The notes under the pieces were generated by a model. That model did no database searches and was not told the origin of the DNA. It worked only from the letters and a program-made list of their open reading frames with translations. From Fistulifera solaris (Eukaryota), in the NCBI GenBank assembly GCA_030295235.1, contig AP026152.1, forward strand, positions 62,001 to 126,000: a stretch of 64,000 nt of DNA, read 5' to 3'. This document shows positions 24,933-37,904 of the stretch, one piece after another. A program made the position numbers and the translations under genes. The stretch's first letter is position 1; each line of letters opens with the position of its first letter.

Positions 24933-27900
24933 ATGAAACCGTGGCAATGGGATTGGAAACAGCCGCAATGGCATCGTAGCACGAGAGAAGTTATCGCAGG
25001 AGAACTCATCGATCATGCGGCCGCTCACATTTCTCGAAAGGAAGTTCCTGTTTCTCTCTCAGCAGATGATAGCGACGCAGTTTTGACAGTTTCATTGCTG
25101 CGACAACCGCCATCGACGTTTGTTTTAGATATTACCATTTTGCAACACGATGCCACCGTTGTAACAACGCGATCCTTGACGTGGCCGTCTTTTTTGTTGC
25201 AAGACGATGACAGCAATTCTTTGTTCTGGCCCTTCGGATGGCGTCCGCAGAAAAAGAAACAGCATTCCATTCTGGCCGTCTGTTTGTGTCGATTAGCACC
25301 CGACAAGGATACGGAAGTCTGGCATATTTTGAATGAATTGTCTCTGGTATCATCCCCGCACGAACTTGTCACTACTACCGACCGTCATCATCGAGAGTTG
25401 CGCCTCTTGTGTCTCGCGAGCAATGGGACAGTCTATCTATATAATCCCTGGTTACTATTGAGTGCAACAACACACGATGACATCGACTTACAAGACGGAA
25501 TGGTGTCATTCTTATTGGGAGACGCCTTGTTGCAAACCTTGCAACAATCCATGCTTCCCCCTCAGTCAACCGCTGCGAACGTGGTCTCTGATGATGGAAA
25601 CCAACAATAAGGCTTCGACACAGCTACATAAGGCGGTCGCAGTTTGGGATTCGTTGTTGTGTGTTTGGGGAAGTGATGCTGATAGAGGTGACGTTGTGTT
25701 GATTTCCTTAGGGACGTTTTCTGTACTACGGACCCTGTCGCTCGCATTTGTGCCACTCCGTTTGACTCCGGTTTTGTGGAAGGATCAACAATGGGTTCTG
25801 GTCGTAGGAGATACACAAGCGGTGCTGATAAAGACGGATGCATCAGCGACGAAAAAAGAAGAAAATGAGGATACCGTCGAAGTGGATCGTTTTCAAGTGC
25901 TATGCATCGATTTAGGAATGTCGGTGGAACAATGTCAAATTGTCGGCTGGGGTATGCGACCCATGGAAGACCCGATCCTTGCCATTTGTAGTGTCGAGGG
26001 AACGGCGGTGCGGATCTGGACCCGAACGCTGAGTGCAATACGTTCAGCGGACGGTGGAACAGCGGTCGTGATGACTCGAGAAACGCGTGCGCCGTACACT
26101 CAATTTCAATTGCCAGATTCCGAGACTCCTACAACTACTATACCACGATTTCACATGGGACCGGGATGGATTCTCATGGTGGGATCTGCGGGCGTCTACA
26201 TGGTGTGTTTGGAGGGAGCCACAGTCAATGGTGGAGCTTATGTGCAACGGTTGTCAACCGAAGCGATGGATGGCAGTCAAGTAATAGATATTGCACCACT
26301 TCCATTTGACGATGAAGATATGAAACACTTTGATCTTGAATTGCCTTCGAAGCAACCTCTCTCAAGAACTGGAAAAGAGCTTAACTGGCTTGAAGGAGAC
26401 GTTGGCGGTTCATCGTTGCATGATGCTCTTTTAGAGGCCCTGAATGATCTTTCAAATGGGACGAGAACTGACGACAACGATTCCGAATTACCAGCAATCA
26501 CTGCATCATCCAAGGAACGAATACAGCGGCTTCTACGACATTGCTCTAGTTGGAAACAACTGGATGAAAACGACACGGCTCGACAGCGATATTATGAACG
26601 ACAAATGCCCTGCATATCTGTGGGTTCACAGCACATTATTTCGTTTCGCCAAAGCTCGACTAGCCTAAAGACGAGATTACCATTTCAAAGTGTGCTTTCA
26701 TGGCTATCCAGTAAGGAGGATTACTTCACCGCCGCGAGTTTGGCGTTGAGTCTCCTGAAAGATGTTCGTACTTTGCGTCACTTATGGCAACGCTTTGACA
26801 AGACGGAAAACGATGATGATTTGTCAACTTTGGAAGGCTTATTGGACGGCATTTTGCCGCTTACAGACAACGAAAAAGAGGCAGATAGTGCGAGCAAACG
26901 CAATACACATTCTCAGTTGGCGGACATGTCCATTGGATGTCTTATCAAAGGCGGAGTCGACATGTCATCGACACTAACTCTATTCCTGGCTACCAATCAC
27001 GATTATGATCCATCTCGTATTTGCCTAATGCTTGCTGCTGCAACCTCTTCGTCATGTTCGGCATGGAAAGACAGGGCGCAAGACGCATTGCAGCAAAATG
27101 ACTTGGAACAGGTTCTTTGGCCCGTGCGAGCCCTTCTGGAGGTGGGAAACTCTCGTGATTGCCTGTCATTAGCCATTTTATTACTAAATGCGATTATACC
27201 GGACGAACTGCGGTGTCGAACGTCTACGGAGAGCAACACCACACCTTCGATGGAACTGTGTCAGGCCCTCGTTCATTTGATTGTGACTCTTTCAGACGCA
27301 GCCACACAGATGTTATTCAATCTGACTGATGAACAATCGCAGAAAAACTTTTGGGAATCACTGGATGATTCGACGAGACAAGAATTGGCTTTGATCGAGG
27401 AGAAAGGCAAATTTCCTTTGTTGCGGCAAGTGCAAGTTCGATCGTGGGCGACGACTCATCTTTTCTCATTGATTGAACATCAGGCACCGACAGAGGTCAT
27501 TTCGATAGAATGGGTGAGACGACTTGCAATTTGCTCCTTATCAAATGCTGATTGTTCTTTGATACGACAAAGAGAGATCTGTTACTCTTAGGCCAGGACC
27601 AAAACGACGACATCTTGATACGATACAAGCAGCAAGTCTTGCAATTGCGTAAAGATCTAGTTGCAGCGCCAGGTAGTGGTGGCCTAGATGTTGATCTTTT
27701 AATCCCTTGTCTACTCATATTGACAATCAAGAACGAGCCTCTATTCCCGGCGTCATCGTGTCCAACGCAATCGATTTTGAATGCTGCTTGTCATGTGGCA
27801 GGACGTCGGAATACGGAAGCACCCTTGTTTCCAATGAACGCTGTAGTTCTGATGCGCGAGTGCTTTCTCGCTGATAATGTTTTGGCGGGTGCGCACCTTA

Positions 27901-28646
27901 TTGGTGGCAAAGACGGCCTGGTTTTGCAATGTTGTCATGTACTGATAAGCTGCCTAGATAATATCAGCATGACGGATGCCGAACAGTTCCTTTTGTCGAC
28001 GTCGACGTCGTCTCTCTCACATTTCGAAACGAGTCCATCGCATTCATCTGTGCCATCGTTTACAATTCTGAGCGAATCGCATTGCTTACTGCTGTTTCTA
28101 CTGGAAGAACACGTGCTGTCGATCCGAAAGTACGGCGATTTTGATACCGCGCACAATCGCGAAAAGATTGACCCTGAGTTCGCCGCTCGCACCATTTTGC
28201 GAACCTGGTGGCAAATCGCAATTTGTACGAACTCGGTTTCTTCAGAATGGCTCATGGAGTGGCTTGACGATACAATGCAATTAGGACTAAAAAATCGTGC
28301 GACAATAAGTCCGTACCGGCTGGCATGCGCCGCACTGATTCGAGTGTTGCTGTGGTCAGACGAGCAGGATACTCCATCCTTGGCAACAAGATTGGGGTTT
28401 TCAAATGACTTTTTAGTGCGTTTGTCCTTATCCTGCTGTGGTTTGGTAGAAGCTTTACCAGCTTCTGTCATGGAAAAAAGCTGGAAACAACAGCACTATT
28501 ATTCGACTGCTACTCCGAACGGCAAAGGGCAGCGCTCTGTAAGCCCACCATGCAGTCCCATTCCTACCCCTTCGAGGATGACCAGCGATGGCGGCATTGA
28601 TGATATAAGTTTTCAAAGTGCTGTTTCATCGTTGGATATGATGTGA
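24933..28646 (+). CDS. Large hypothetical protein (~1200 aa) in three overlapping ORFs joined by frameshifts (~25560, ~27555)
   Basis: Consecutive long + strand ORFs (225, 709, 364 aa) that overlap; no family recognised. Confidence 0.65.
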
Positions 28647-28771
28647 AGAGAATCAAGTTCCTCATGACTAAAAATACCTGAACAAATTGAATGTTTCGCG
28701 CATGAACCACCTAAATGTCATCACAATGCGGTTAATCACTAATGTTTGATTGTACCACATCGAATATTTCA

Positions 28772-28827
28772 TTGACCAATCAGAGTAAGAGCAGGCGACC
28801 AACAACTGAAGTGCACACTGTTCGCAA
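28772..28827 (+). promoter_or_regulatory. CCAAT-box-like motif (TTGACCAATCAGA) plus TGTTCGCAA upstream of BTB copy 1
   Basis: The same pair of motifs recurs at 35093-35156 before BTB copy 3. Confidence 0.4.
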
Positions 28828-28907
28828 ACCGTAAGTCACCCATTTTGCGGGGTCGATGATTGTCTTCAAAAGGTACAAAGTGTGTTTTGAACCATACAGT
28901 TCTAGCA

Positions 28908-29492
28908 ATGGCATCGGATAGTAAAAGAAACGTCATCCATTTGGATATTGGAGGAACGTTGTATAAGGTATCGCGCCAGACCCTTCAACAGCACAGAGCT
29001 TCTGTGCTCGCGCGCCTCATTTCGGATACCGGTCAAGGAGAGAATGCGGATGAACCCATTTTCATTGATCGCAACGGTCGTTTGTTTGAGTATGTTCTTG
29101 ATTACTTGAGAACGGAGCAGGTGTATTTACCTTTCTCTGTGAGCCGCGACGCAATAAAGGAAGAATTCGTGTTCTATGGGATCGGTGCGGATATGAGCAA
29201 AGTACATCGAACAGCTGATACTGCAGACTTCGAAATGTTCATTGAAAAAACTGACGCAATTCGAATTCAAAGATTCGTTCAACAAACAGCGACATTTGTT
29301 GAACGCGAGTTCTCAAAATATCCGACGATACGCAGCGTATCGATACCCCAGGCAGACTACGTGCAGCTTTCTGAACATGAAGACTTGCTTCGTGAGCAGC
29401 TACTCAAAAGAGGGCTGAGGCTTGTCGATCGTGATTGGAGGTTGGGCCATGCCTTACCTTATATCGTAGTCGAGAAAGTTTGCAGTTATTGA
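28908..29492 (+). CDS. BTB/POZ (KCTD/T1-type) protein, array copy 1
   Basis: IHLDIGGTLYKVSRQTL, PIFIDRNGRLFEYVLDYLR, EEFVFYGI; C-terminal LREQLLKRGL. Confidence 0.9.
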   Translation: MASDSKRNVIHLDIGGTLYKVSRQTLQQHRASVLARLISDTGQGENADEPIFIDRNGRLFEYVLDYLRTEQVYLPFSVSRDAIKEEFVFYGIGADMSKVHRTADTADFEMFIEKTDAIRIQRFVQQTATFVEREFSKYPTIRSVSIPQADYVQLSEHEDLLREQLLKRGLRLVDRDWRLGHALPYIVVEKVCSY

Positions 29493-30398
29493 TGTAATCA
29501 AGGGACAAACATTAGCGACGAAAGGCTAGGTGTGTCGATCCTGAGCATCATGCCGTTCACAGGTACACGCAATTCATATTAGTAGGTCTCGCATTCAAGT
29601 AGTTTTATGCAAATATCGCCCAGCAACTCATTTTCTCTTATTTGTTCGATGTAAACACTTGCTGTCTATGCCCAGACACCAGTCATCCGAGCTCAATATT
29701 TGACAATGATAGGCAAAGCAAGACTTGTTACGAAAAAATGAAACACGGACTGTCTCGTGCCTCATCGCATCGCCTCGCGCGAGCATATTATTTATTCATT
29801 CGTTTGCTTTTGTGCTTCGCCAGATATTCTTACATATAGGCCTTCCCTATATTTTTATACGAAGTATCTCATTCTTCTTTTACAGAAGTAACATGTAGAA
29901 CGCAAGCCAAATAAATTGTCGATGATTTACTATAGCAGCGATTCCGTCTTTTCTGCTACAGCCCGAACAAGTGCCGCGCTCGGACTACCAGACAAATGCT
30001 CCTACAAACAAACTACGGCTAAACCCCCCTCTCAAAGTGGCTCACCTTAAAATATACAAACGCGGCATGGCTATATCTGGCAAGAAAATCGTACCCTTTC
30101 GTATGTAATACCGCAACGTGCATGGGAACTACTATGTCTTAGAACACAAAACGATAGTTTTCGCACGTCGTCGTTTTGTTGCTAAGGGCGTAGAACACTA
30201 CGGCGCCTTGCACGGAGAGCCCCTTTTTCGCCATCGGTAATTCTCTCACCGGATATTGATATCGAGCATTGAAAAAGTGTGCTCCTTGGTGTTTGTCATG
30301 AAACAATAATCGCAGCGACGCAAGACGACGACCAACGATGCGAGATGCGAGAGCGAGCGAAACGCGAAACGCGAGAGACGCGCAATGAAAAGGATCGA

Positions 30399-30535
30399 GA
30401 TGACGTCAAGCGGCGCTTCGATCTTTGAAAAGTATGCAATAAAATGTAGTCAAATTCAGAAAGACTTCGCTTCTTCACGTCACTTTGTGCAACACTTTCT
30501 CAATTTTGACGTTTTGAGAAGAGACGCCACGTCAG
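30399..30535 (+). repeat. BTB-upstream palindromic element, copy A (divergent/partial)
   Basis: TGACGTCAAGCGG, CGTCACTTTGTG, CTTTCTCAATTTTGACGTTTT, ACGCCACGT. Confidence 0.7.
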
Positions 30536-30721
30536 ATAAAGACACCGACCACGTGAACAACGGAAACGTGCTCGGAAGCAAAACACGACACACACGAAGG
30601 AAACACGAATGAACAAGATACAAGATCTCGCAAGAAGCCAATGGATGCACTTGCCATCGACCTGCATCATAGTCCTTGTCGTTGTCAGTGACTTCTTCTT
30701 CTGATCATCTGGATCACGACA

Positions 30722-31420
30722 ATGGACAACAAAATCGTGCGTTTGAACGTCGGAGGCACGCGTTACGATGTCTCGCGCGATACACTGGCGCGCTGCGAAG
30801 GATCCATGCTGGCGAGCTTGATTTCGAAGCAATGGAAAGAAGGCAACTTGAATGAACCCATCTTCATTGATCGCAACGGACGTTTGTTTGAGTATATTCT
30901 GGACTATTTACGAACCAATGAGGTTCATTTGCCGCTTTCCGTCAACCGCACTGCGGTGGAAAAGGAGTTTGATTATTACGCCATTCCGGTCGATTGGACA
31001 CAAGTTCACTTACCGTCTTTGGATGAGTGGATGGAAGAAGTGGAATTGCGGCAAATGCAGCAATTTGTGACATTTGTGCGAGAAGAATTGTCGAAACTGC
31101 CCTACTGGGAAAAGAAAGTCAAAATACCCCCATCGGTGTATGTGCAGCTTTGTGGGCATGACCAATTATTGAGCCAGCTACTGAGCGATCGAGGAATGCA
31201 GTTGATTTCACGCGAATGGGAGGATGGTTCGCCCTGTATTCAGGTGAAAAAGACGGAGGACTGGAATGTCAAAAGGGGCGATAAGGTATTTCGCAGAGGA
31301 ACGAACGAAATCAAGCACAATTTTTTTAACATTATTCGTATGTGCATTGATCTGCAAGCTATTTTCGAGTGTACATCCGTGCCAGCATTTAGCTCACAAC
31401 TAGTTTCTTCGGTTTTGTAA
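30722..31420 (+). CDS. BTB/POZ protein, copy 2
   Basis: IVRLNVGGTRYDVSRDTL, EGSMLASLIS, IFIDRNGRLFEYILDYLR. Confidence 0.9.
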   Translation: MDNKIVRLNVGGTRYDVSRDTLARCEGSMLASLISKQWKEGNLNEPIFIDRNGRLFEYILDYLRTNEVHLPLSVNRTAVEKEFDYYAIPVDWTQVHLPSLDEWMEEVELRQMQQFVTFVREELSKLPYWEKKVKIPPSVYVQLCGHDQLLSQLLSDRGMQLISREWEDGSPCIQVKKTEDWNVKRGDKVFRRGTNEIKHNFFNIIRMCIDLQAIFECTSVPAFSSQLVSSVL

Positions 31421-31441
31421 GAAAGGAGTAGAGATTATGTT

Positions 31442-31494
31442 TCATAACTGAAATTCAGTCACGCCAAAAGGTCGCATACAGTATGGCCTATAGT
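31442..31494 (-). repeat. Copy of CTATAG/hairpin dispersed element
   Basis: TCATAACTGAAATTCAGTCACG...TATGGCCTATAGT. Confidence 0.55.
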
Positions 31495-31891
31495 CATGTT
31501 ACAAAGCGGGCCAGTCGAAAAGCATTTTTGATGCAGTTTCATCGAACATGCGTAAAGCGATCAAGCAATGAATATCATTTCGAGTCGATATAGTAATGAG
31601 TAAACTATATAAATCTTTGAGTTATTATTATTATCAATCATCATTGCGTTAGCGTTCCTGCGTTTCGTTTCTCGTGAAGGAAATCCGGTCTTGTCGAGAT
31701 TCCCCAATACTACATTTTGATTCTATAGTAACGTACATCTTCACGTACGACGGACAAGCGTTTCGCATCGCCATCAACAACGCAACAAAAAACAAAAAGA
31801 CGAAACGAAAAAATGCAACAACAGAAAAAAATCGTTGAGCGTCTCCATGAATCATCATCTTTTTCTTATTATCTATTCACACCGTTCGAAA

Positions 31892-34860
31892 ATGCCGATA
31901 GCAATAGAGATAAAGCGATTCTCCGTGCTATCTTGCGTAGCTTGGTTCCTAATACTCGTCCTTCCGCCACAATTCACTTCCTCCTTATCAACGCCCAAAG
32001 TAATAACAACTAATAAAAACGCGTCATTAAATCTTCCGCCATTCATCGGAATGAACGTCGCAAGAATCCCGCTTTGTGGCGTCTCGAACATGTCGACGAC
32101 AAAGAGACTACAACTGTTGTGCAACCACGCAACAACACACGCCCACCTCTAATCATGGCCCCGCCGGGGCTGGCCCCAATTGAAGGCGGCCGTCGCGAAT
32201 GGTGCCGATGCCGTGTACGTGGGATTGTCGGCCTTTTCGGCCCGCGCCCGGGCGACCAATTTTGATGCCCTTCAATTACAAGAAGCCGTGAAATATTGTC
32301 ATCAACACGACGTGCATTTGTATGTCGCCTTGAATACGTTGGTGTTTCAACACGAATTCATCGAATTGGTGGACTGGATCCAGGTGTGTGAACAAGTGCA
32401 AGTTGATGCTGTCATAGTACAAGACATTGGGTTAATGAAATTGATCCAAGCTGTAGCGCCCTCGTTGAAATTGCATGCTTCGACGCAACAAACCGTCTCG
32501 GATGCGAATGGAGTCGCCTTTGCGGCGCAACAGGGCGCGACCCGTGTTGTTTTGGGACGCGAACTCAGTCTTACGGAAATTCAACAAATTGCCCAACAAA
32601 CTACGACCACAACCGAACTCGAAGTCTTTGTGCACGGGGCACTGTGTGTCAGTTATTCGGGACAATGTTTCAGTAGTGAATTTCAAGGAGGGCGGAGTGC
32701 GAATCGGGGACAATGTGCCCAAGCCTGTCGTTTGCCGTACGGATTGGTCGTTGATGGGGAATGGCACGATCTGGTGGAATCGTATCTATTGAGTCCGCAA
32801 GATTTGTGTGGTCTCCAACATATTCCACAATTGTTGCATTCCGTGTCTTGTCTCAAAATTGAAGGACGATTGAAGGATGCGGAGTATGTTGCAGCAACGA
32901 CACGAGCGTATCGACAAGCCGTCGATCTGGCGTGGCACGAAAGTATGAAAAAAAGACGATTCGTATCGAGCACCACGACAATTGCAACATGCCGACACCA
33001 GTGTGGATCGGACAACATTGGTGCAATTGTTTTCACGAGGTCAGGATGGGCAACACGATGGATTGACATCCGGCTTTTTTCAAGGTTCTCGACATCAAGA
33101 ATTGGTGATTGGGAAATCACCACGACATCGGGGTGTGTATATTGGTCAAGTCGTACAGTGCAATCCGAAAACGGGGGTCATTCAAGTGAACGTCGACAAT
33201 GAGGCCGGCATACAATTGAAACGAGGAGATGGCATCGTTATTGATCGTGGATTGGCCGAATTGGAAGAACTGGGTGGTCCTATCTACGAAATCGGCAAGG
33301 ATTCTCACGATGATACGATGAGTTACATTCAATTCAGTCATAAGACCAAAGTGATGACCGAATTGGTGCCGCCGGGTGCCTTAATTTGGCGGACGCATGA
33401 TGCGGTACTGGAACAACAAATGCAAAAGTTGGTGCAGGCAGAGCCGCCGAAACGAACTGTATTGTTGCAAGTAGAAGCTCGCAAGGATCAACCGTTGCGT
33501 ATCACCGTTACTTTGCCTTCACTAGATGGAGATGAATTTATCACCGCGGTCGCCGAGTCTGACACGGTCTTGGTACCAGCGTCTCGAACAGCATTGTCGA
33601 AAGAAGCAATACAAAAAGCCGTTGGGACTTTGGGAAACACTCCATTTGCTTTGGCGGACCACGGCGGAATGAACATTGAATTAGAAGACGACCTATGGTG
33701 TCCTGTTTCGGCAATCAAAGAAACGAGACGCAAAGCAATCCAAAATTTACAAGATGAATTGGATGCGAAGAGTGGTGCGACCAAAGCAAAGTTAACTTCT
33801 AGGCAACAAGAAAAGTCCCCGTCGTCGTCCAAACAGATCATCTCGCAGCTCATGGATCAATTGAAGCCTTTGGCAACAACATCGATAGAACCACAGCAAA
33901 CCATGGCTTTATCCGTTTTGTGTCGCAGTCTGGAACAGGTGGACTGTCTGTGTGATATGATTGAGGATGACGACTCAGCGATTGTTGATGAAATCATTAT
34001 TGATTTTTTAGAAGTACAGGGGATGCAAGACGCGATGGAACGCATCCAACAAGTGACAAACAGACCAATCCGCATTGTGCTGGCTTCGCCCCGTATTCTA
34101 AAACCAGCCGAAGATGGCATCTGGAAGACTTTGTTATCGTTGCGGCCAGATGCATTGCTGGTCCGCTCGCCGGGTCTCCTTTTTCGGATGCAACAACTCC
34201 AAAAAGCTGGAACTGTCGAAATCAACGGCGAATTGATTCCGATTCCTCCCCCTGTTTGGTGATTTTTCATTGAATGTGGCGAATCCCTTGACAGCGTTCG
34301 AGTTTTTGCATCAAGGACTGGAACGTATTACTCCTACGTACGACTTAAATGCACGGGCCATCTCAGCTCTGGCGCGTACCATGGCTTCGCCTCAGCAATT
34401 GGAAGTGGTCGTACACGCCAAACTGCCAACGTTTCACACGGAGCACTGTGTATTTGCTCGATTCTTATCCAAGGGCAACTCGTATCAAGATTGCGGGCAC
34501 GTTTGCACTAGACACAGTGTTCATTTGAGGGATGGCAATACGGGGGCGGATCAGCTGGTGCTGGCGGACATGGGGTGTCGAAATACTGTCTTTTCAGCCG
34601 AAGCACAGTCGGGAGTCCATTCGCTGAGAGAGTGGCAGCAAGCTGGAGTCGGACGGGTCCGTATTGAGCTTGTCGATGAATGCCTCGAAGATATCCGAAA
34701 GATGGTTGCGGGTTACGAACAAGTACTAAATGGTACCACCAAGCCAAGCGTCACTTGGGAAATGCTACAGAATGTGCGTGATACCAACGGTCGCATTTCT
34801 GGTGTATCATTGGGCTCGTTGCGAAATCAAGTTGAACGACGGGCGGGTGAACTGAAATAA
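31892..34860 (+). CDS. Peptidase U32 family Fe-S hydroxylase, long RlhA-like form, with N-terminal signal-peptide-like segment; frameshifts near 32160, 32950, 34250
   Basis: MAPAGGWPQLKAAVANGADAVYVG (after homopolymer correction), HASTQ, RVVLGREL, EVFVHGALCVSYSGQC, NRGQCAQACR, LKIEGR, FHTEHCVF, CGHVC, ADMGCRNTVF. Confidence 0.85.
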
Positions 34861-35092
34861 TGGCATATGCTGCGTTGTACAAAATTATTTCCATCAGCAA
34901 AGATGGCTACAAATCGGCTTTGCAGAGCGAGAGTGATGGAAGCGGAGATTCATCATAGAATGCCTTGTTATGATGTAAACAATCAACAGCCAATATCTTT
35001 AAGAATTACAGCGTTCTGAACATCGTTTTAGAAGCGAATAACATCACGAGCACAAATTAAGGTGAGAATGAATCATTCGCCTCATTATTTCG

Positions 35093-35156
35093 TTGGCCAA
35101 TCAGATTATGAATTTTGAAGAAAACATGATCAGTTCAGAGTGAGAGGTGTTCGCAA
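35093..35156 (+). promoter_or_regulatory. CCAAT-box-like motif (TTGGCCAATCAGA) plus TGTTCGCAA upstream of BTB copy 3
   Basis: Matches the motif pair at 28772-28827. Confidence 0.4.
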
Positions 35157-35239
35157 TCAGAGAATCGATGCCATGTCTGTAATTCTTTACCCAGTTCAAA
35201 CACAATTCAGTTGTGCGACCCGCAGTGAAATAAATCACC

Positions 35240-35849
35240 ATGGTGACGGATGACTCCGTGTGCAGCAAGATCGTCCAGTTGGATGTCGGTGGTACGCTTT
35301 TCAAGGTCTCTCGGGACACGCTGGAACGCTACAAAGACTCTATGCTGGCGAGTTTGATATCGAAGCATTGGAAAGAAGGGAACTCCGAGTTTCCGATCTT
35401 CATTGATCGCAGTGGTCGTTTGTTTGAACATGTCCTCGAGTATTTGCGAACAGACAAAGTCTATCTGCCTTCTTCAGTACGACGGCCCGCCATCGAAGAA
35501 GAGTTTGAGTTTTACGGAATTGATGTGGATATGAGTAGAGTCATCGAGAAAGACAGCGTTCAGTACACTCAGGAGCTCCTAGCCAAGATCGAAGCGGCAG
35601 AAAGAGAATTGAATGTGATGAAAGGCGAGCTCGTTGCAATTCGACTATCCCATTCGGCCGAGTCTGAATTCTTGAAAACAAGCCTGAAAACGGCAACGGT
35701 CGAAGTTGAAATTCCTCTTCATACGAAAGATTTCTCATTTGTTTCTTTTTTTTGTCCAAAGATTACGCGACAAGGGCCTGAAAGCAGTCGGGAGAACAAG
35801 GACAAAAGACGCGCATGTGATCGAAATAGGAAAACTAAACTCGAAATAA
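35240..35849 (+). CDS. BTB/POZ protein, copy 3 (frameshift near 35758)
   Basis: IVQLDVGGTLFKVSRDTL, IFIDRSGRLFEHVLEYLR; adding one A gives the family C-terminus SKRLRDKGL. Confidence 0.87.
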
Positions 35850-36608
35850 GAGAGCAGTATAGAACTTGATCACTTCTGTGGCCATCGACCCTAAAACCGA
35901 AAGAAAGAGACTTATGCCTCGCACAACACGTACGTGATCCTTTGACATCGACTGCGCTTCTCCGTGTATTCCTCCGAGCTCCTGAAAGCGAGATAGTTGA
36001 AGAGCACAAGGATCTACCACGACTACAACTGTTTGACAGAGGGTTATAATTGACTCACTCCACTACAACATCGACAGAAACACCTGTGAATTCAATGGCA
36101 GCCGAATCAGTCCTTAATCACACATTTATAGCACATTCATTTTGTTGTGTTGCAGACCGCCAACGCATGCATTCGCCGTCGTCGATGAGATGATGCACAC
36201 GCTTTGCCACACTTCTTTCGCGCTTATTCTGCACGCACAGAGCAGAAATCTGCTTTTCGCCTTCCCAGAGAGAACTCACAACATCGAATGTAGGACTCGA
36301 TTCTCAAATTTATCCTCTGCCAGTTGCTAGAGCAATCCGTAGAATAATGCGCGATAGTCATGCCCTTCAGAACATGTCATGAGCTTCATTGCCTGTCAAT
36401 GTGAGCCCAAAACCGACGAGGAGCACAAGCATGCTCCTTCCATTTATAAGACCGGATCAAATGTTCTACGAAGTAATTTCCAAACCAATAAATGTTTAAA
36501 AAAACAGATGATGCGACCGGTTCGCAAGCAGAGAACCCGAACATTATGCCAGCATCGCATTTTGCGTTGCACAAAATTGACTTGTCGGACAATCTTACGA
36601 TATGTAAA

Positions 36609-37196
36609 ATGTCAGCTGAAGAGACCAAGCGCAAAATCATCCAATTGGACGTGGGCGGAACGCTGTACAAAGCATCGCGTCAGACGCTCGAGCGTTTCGA
36701 TGGGTCTATGCTGGCGAACTTAATTTCCAACCACTGGAAAGAAGGCAACACGAAAGAACCCATTTTCATTGACAGAAACGGTCGTCTGTTTGAATACGTC
36801 CTGGATTACTTACGCACAGGCGAAGTTTACTTACCGTTCTCGGTGAGCAAGGCCGCTCTTCAAAAAGAGTTTGAATTCTACGGAATTGATGTTGATGTGA
36901 GACGCTTGCATGAAACACACGGCATGCAGTTCTTCGAACAACTCATCGAGAATGCCGTCACGATGCACAACGAACATCTTGTGATTCAAACATCGGCTTT
37001 CGTAGAGAAGGAGGTCTTTAAAGACACATCTCGAACGATTTATTTTCGTGTCGAAGTCCCTCCAGAGCAATATGTACAGCTTTGTTCGAATGAGGATAGA
37101 TTGCGAGCCCGATTGTTTGAAAGAGGGCTGGAATATGATCGCAGCGAATGGAATTTTGGGTTGCCTGCCATCTTTGTCACAAAAGCGAACGCCTAG
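36609..37196 (+). CDS. BTB/POZ protein, copy 4
   Basis: IIQLDVGGTLYKASRQTL, IFIDRNGRLFEYVLDYLR, LRARLFERGL. Confidence 0.9.
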   Translation: MSAEETKRKIIQLDVGGTLYKASRQTLERFDGSMLANLISNHWKEGNTKEPIFIDRNGRLFEYVLDYLRTGEVYLPFSVSKAALQKEFEFYGIDVDVRRLHETHGMQFFEQLIENAVTMHNEHLVIQTSAFVEKEVFKDTSRTIYFRVEVPPEQYVQLCSNEDRLRARLFERGLEYDRSEWNFGLPAIFVTKANA

Positions 37197-37249
37197 TCTG
37201 CTGTACGGCACGCCAGTTTCTAACGAAATGAAAGAAACCAGATACAGAG

Positions 37250-37792
37250 CTAGCTGCCTTGTACAAGTACTAAGATATGCACATGATCAATCCCCGGAAG
37301 TGATTGAAGACGAGGAGGATTGACCCAATGCAACATGTCTTGAACAAGTAGCTGTGATTGTAACTCCTTCTTTGCTTTCTGTATATCTTCCACCGTACAA
37401 TCAGCGCCTAACTTCCACAATATCCAATGTTGAACGGACTCCTCGAAACAGTAAGGAAAATCGTTGCGCACAAGAGCCGTTCGCGGTAATGTTGTGTTGT
37501 CTCCGTCGTTTCGTACGACGCGCTTGAGACCTTCCTGTAATTCAGAGGGCAAATTGAACTTTGTACACAGCACATAATCCAGCATCGACGCCCATTCTCT
37601 CAGTATAGCCCGCTTACTCAGCTCGTATTGACGCTGTTGTGAAGCACTTCGCGTCAGACGATCGAAATCGTGTTCGACGAGCACAATTTGTTGAATCTCT
37701 TGCCATTGTAAGGGCGTTTCGCAATAGCCGTATTTCAGCGTTGGTAACACGATCTCATCCGGGTTCACGTCACGAGACGTCAAACTCATCAT
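37250..37792 (-). CDS. DUF3605 (GIG1-like) protein
   Basis: LTRS..QQRQY, NDFPYCFEESVQHWILW, WVNPPRLQSLPGIDHVHIL. Confidence 0.8.
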   Translation of the reverse strand: MMSLTSRDVNPDEIVLPTLKYGYCETPLQWQEIQQIVLVEHDFDRLTRSASQQRQYELSKRAILREWASMLDYVLCTKFNLPSELQEGLKRVVRNDGDNTTLPRTALVRNDFPYCFEESVQHWILWKLGADCTVEDIQKAKKELQSQLLVQDMLHWVNPPRLQSLPGIDHVHILVLVQGS

Positions 37793-37904
37793 CAGCCATT
37801 CTATTCGAAATAATAGTGATCATCTTGCCTTTGCATCGAAAACGAAAAATAATAATACTGGCGACGAGCGCGCAAAGGACGGACGCATTTGAAGGAAGCG
37901 ATGA

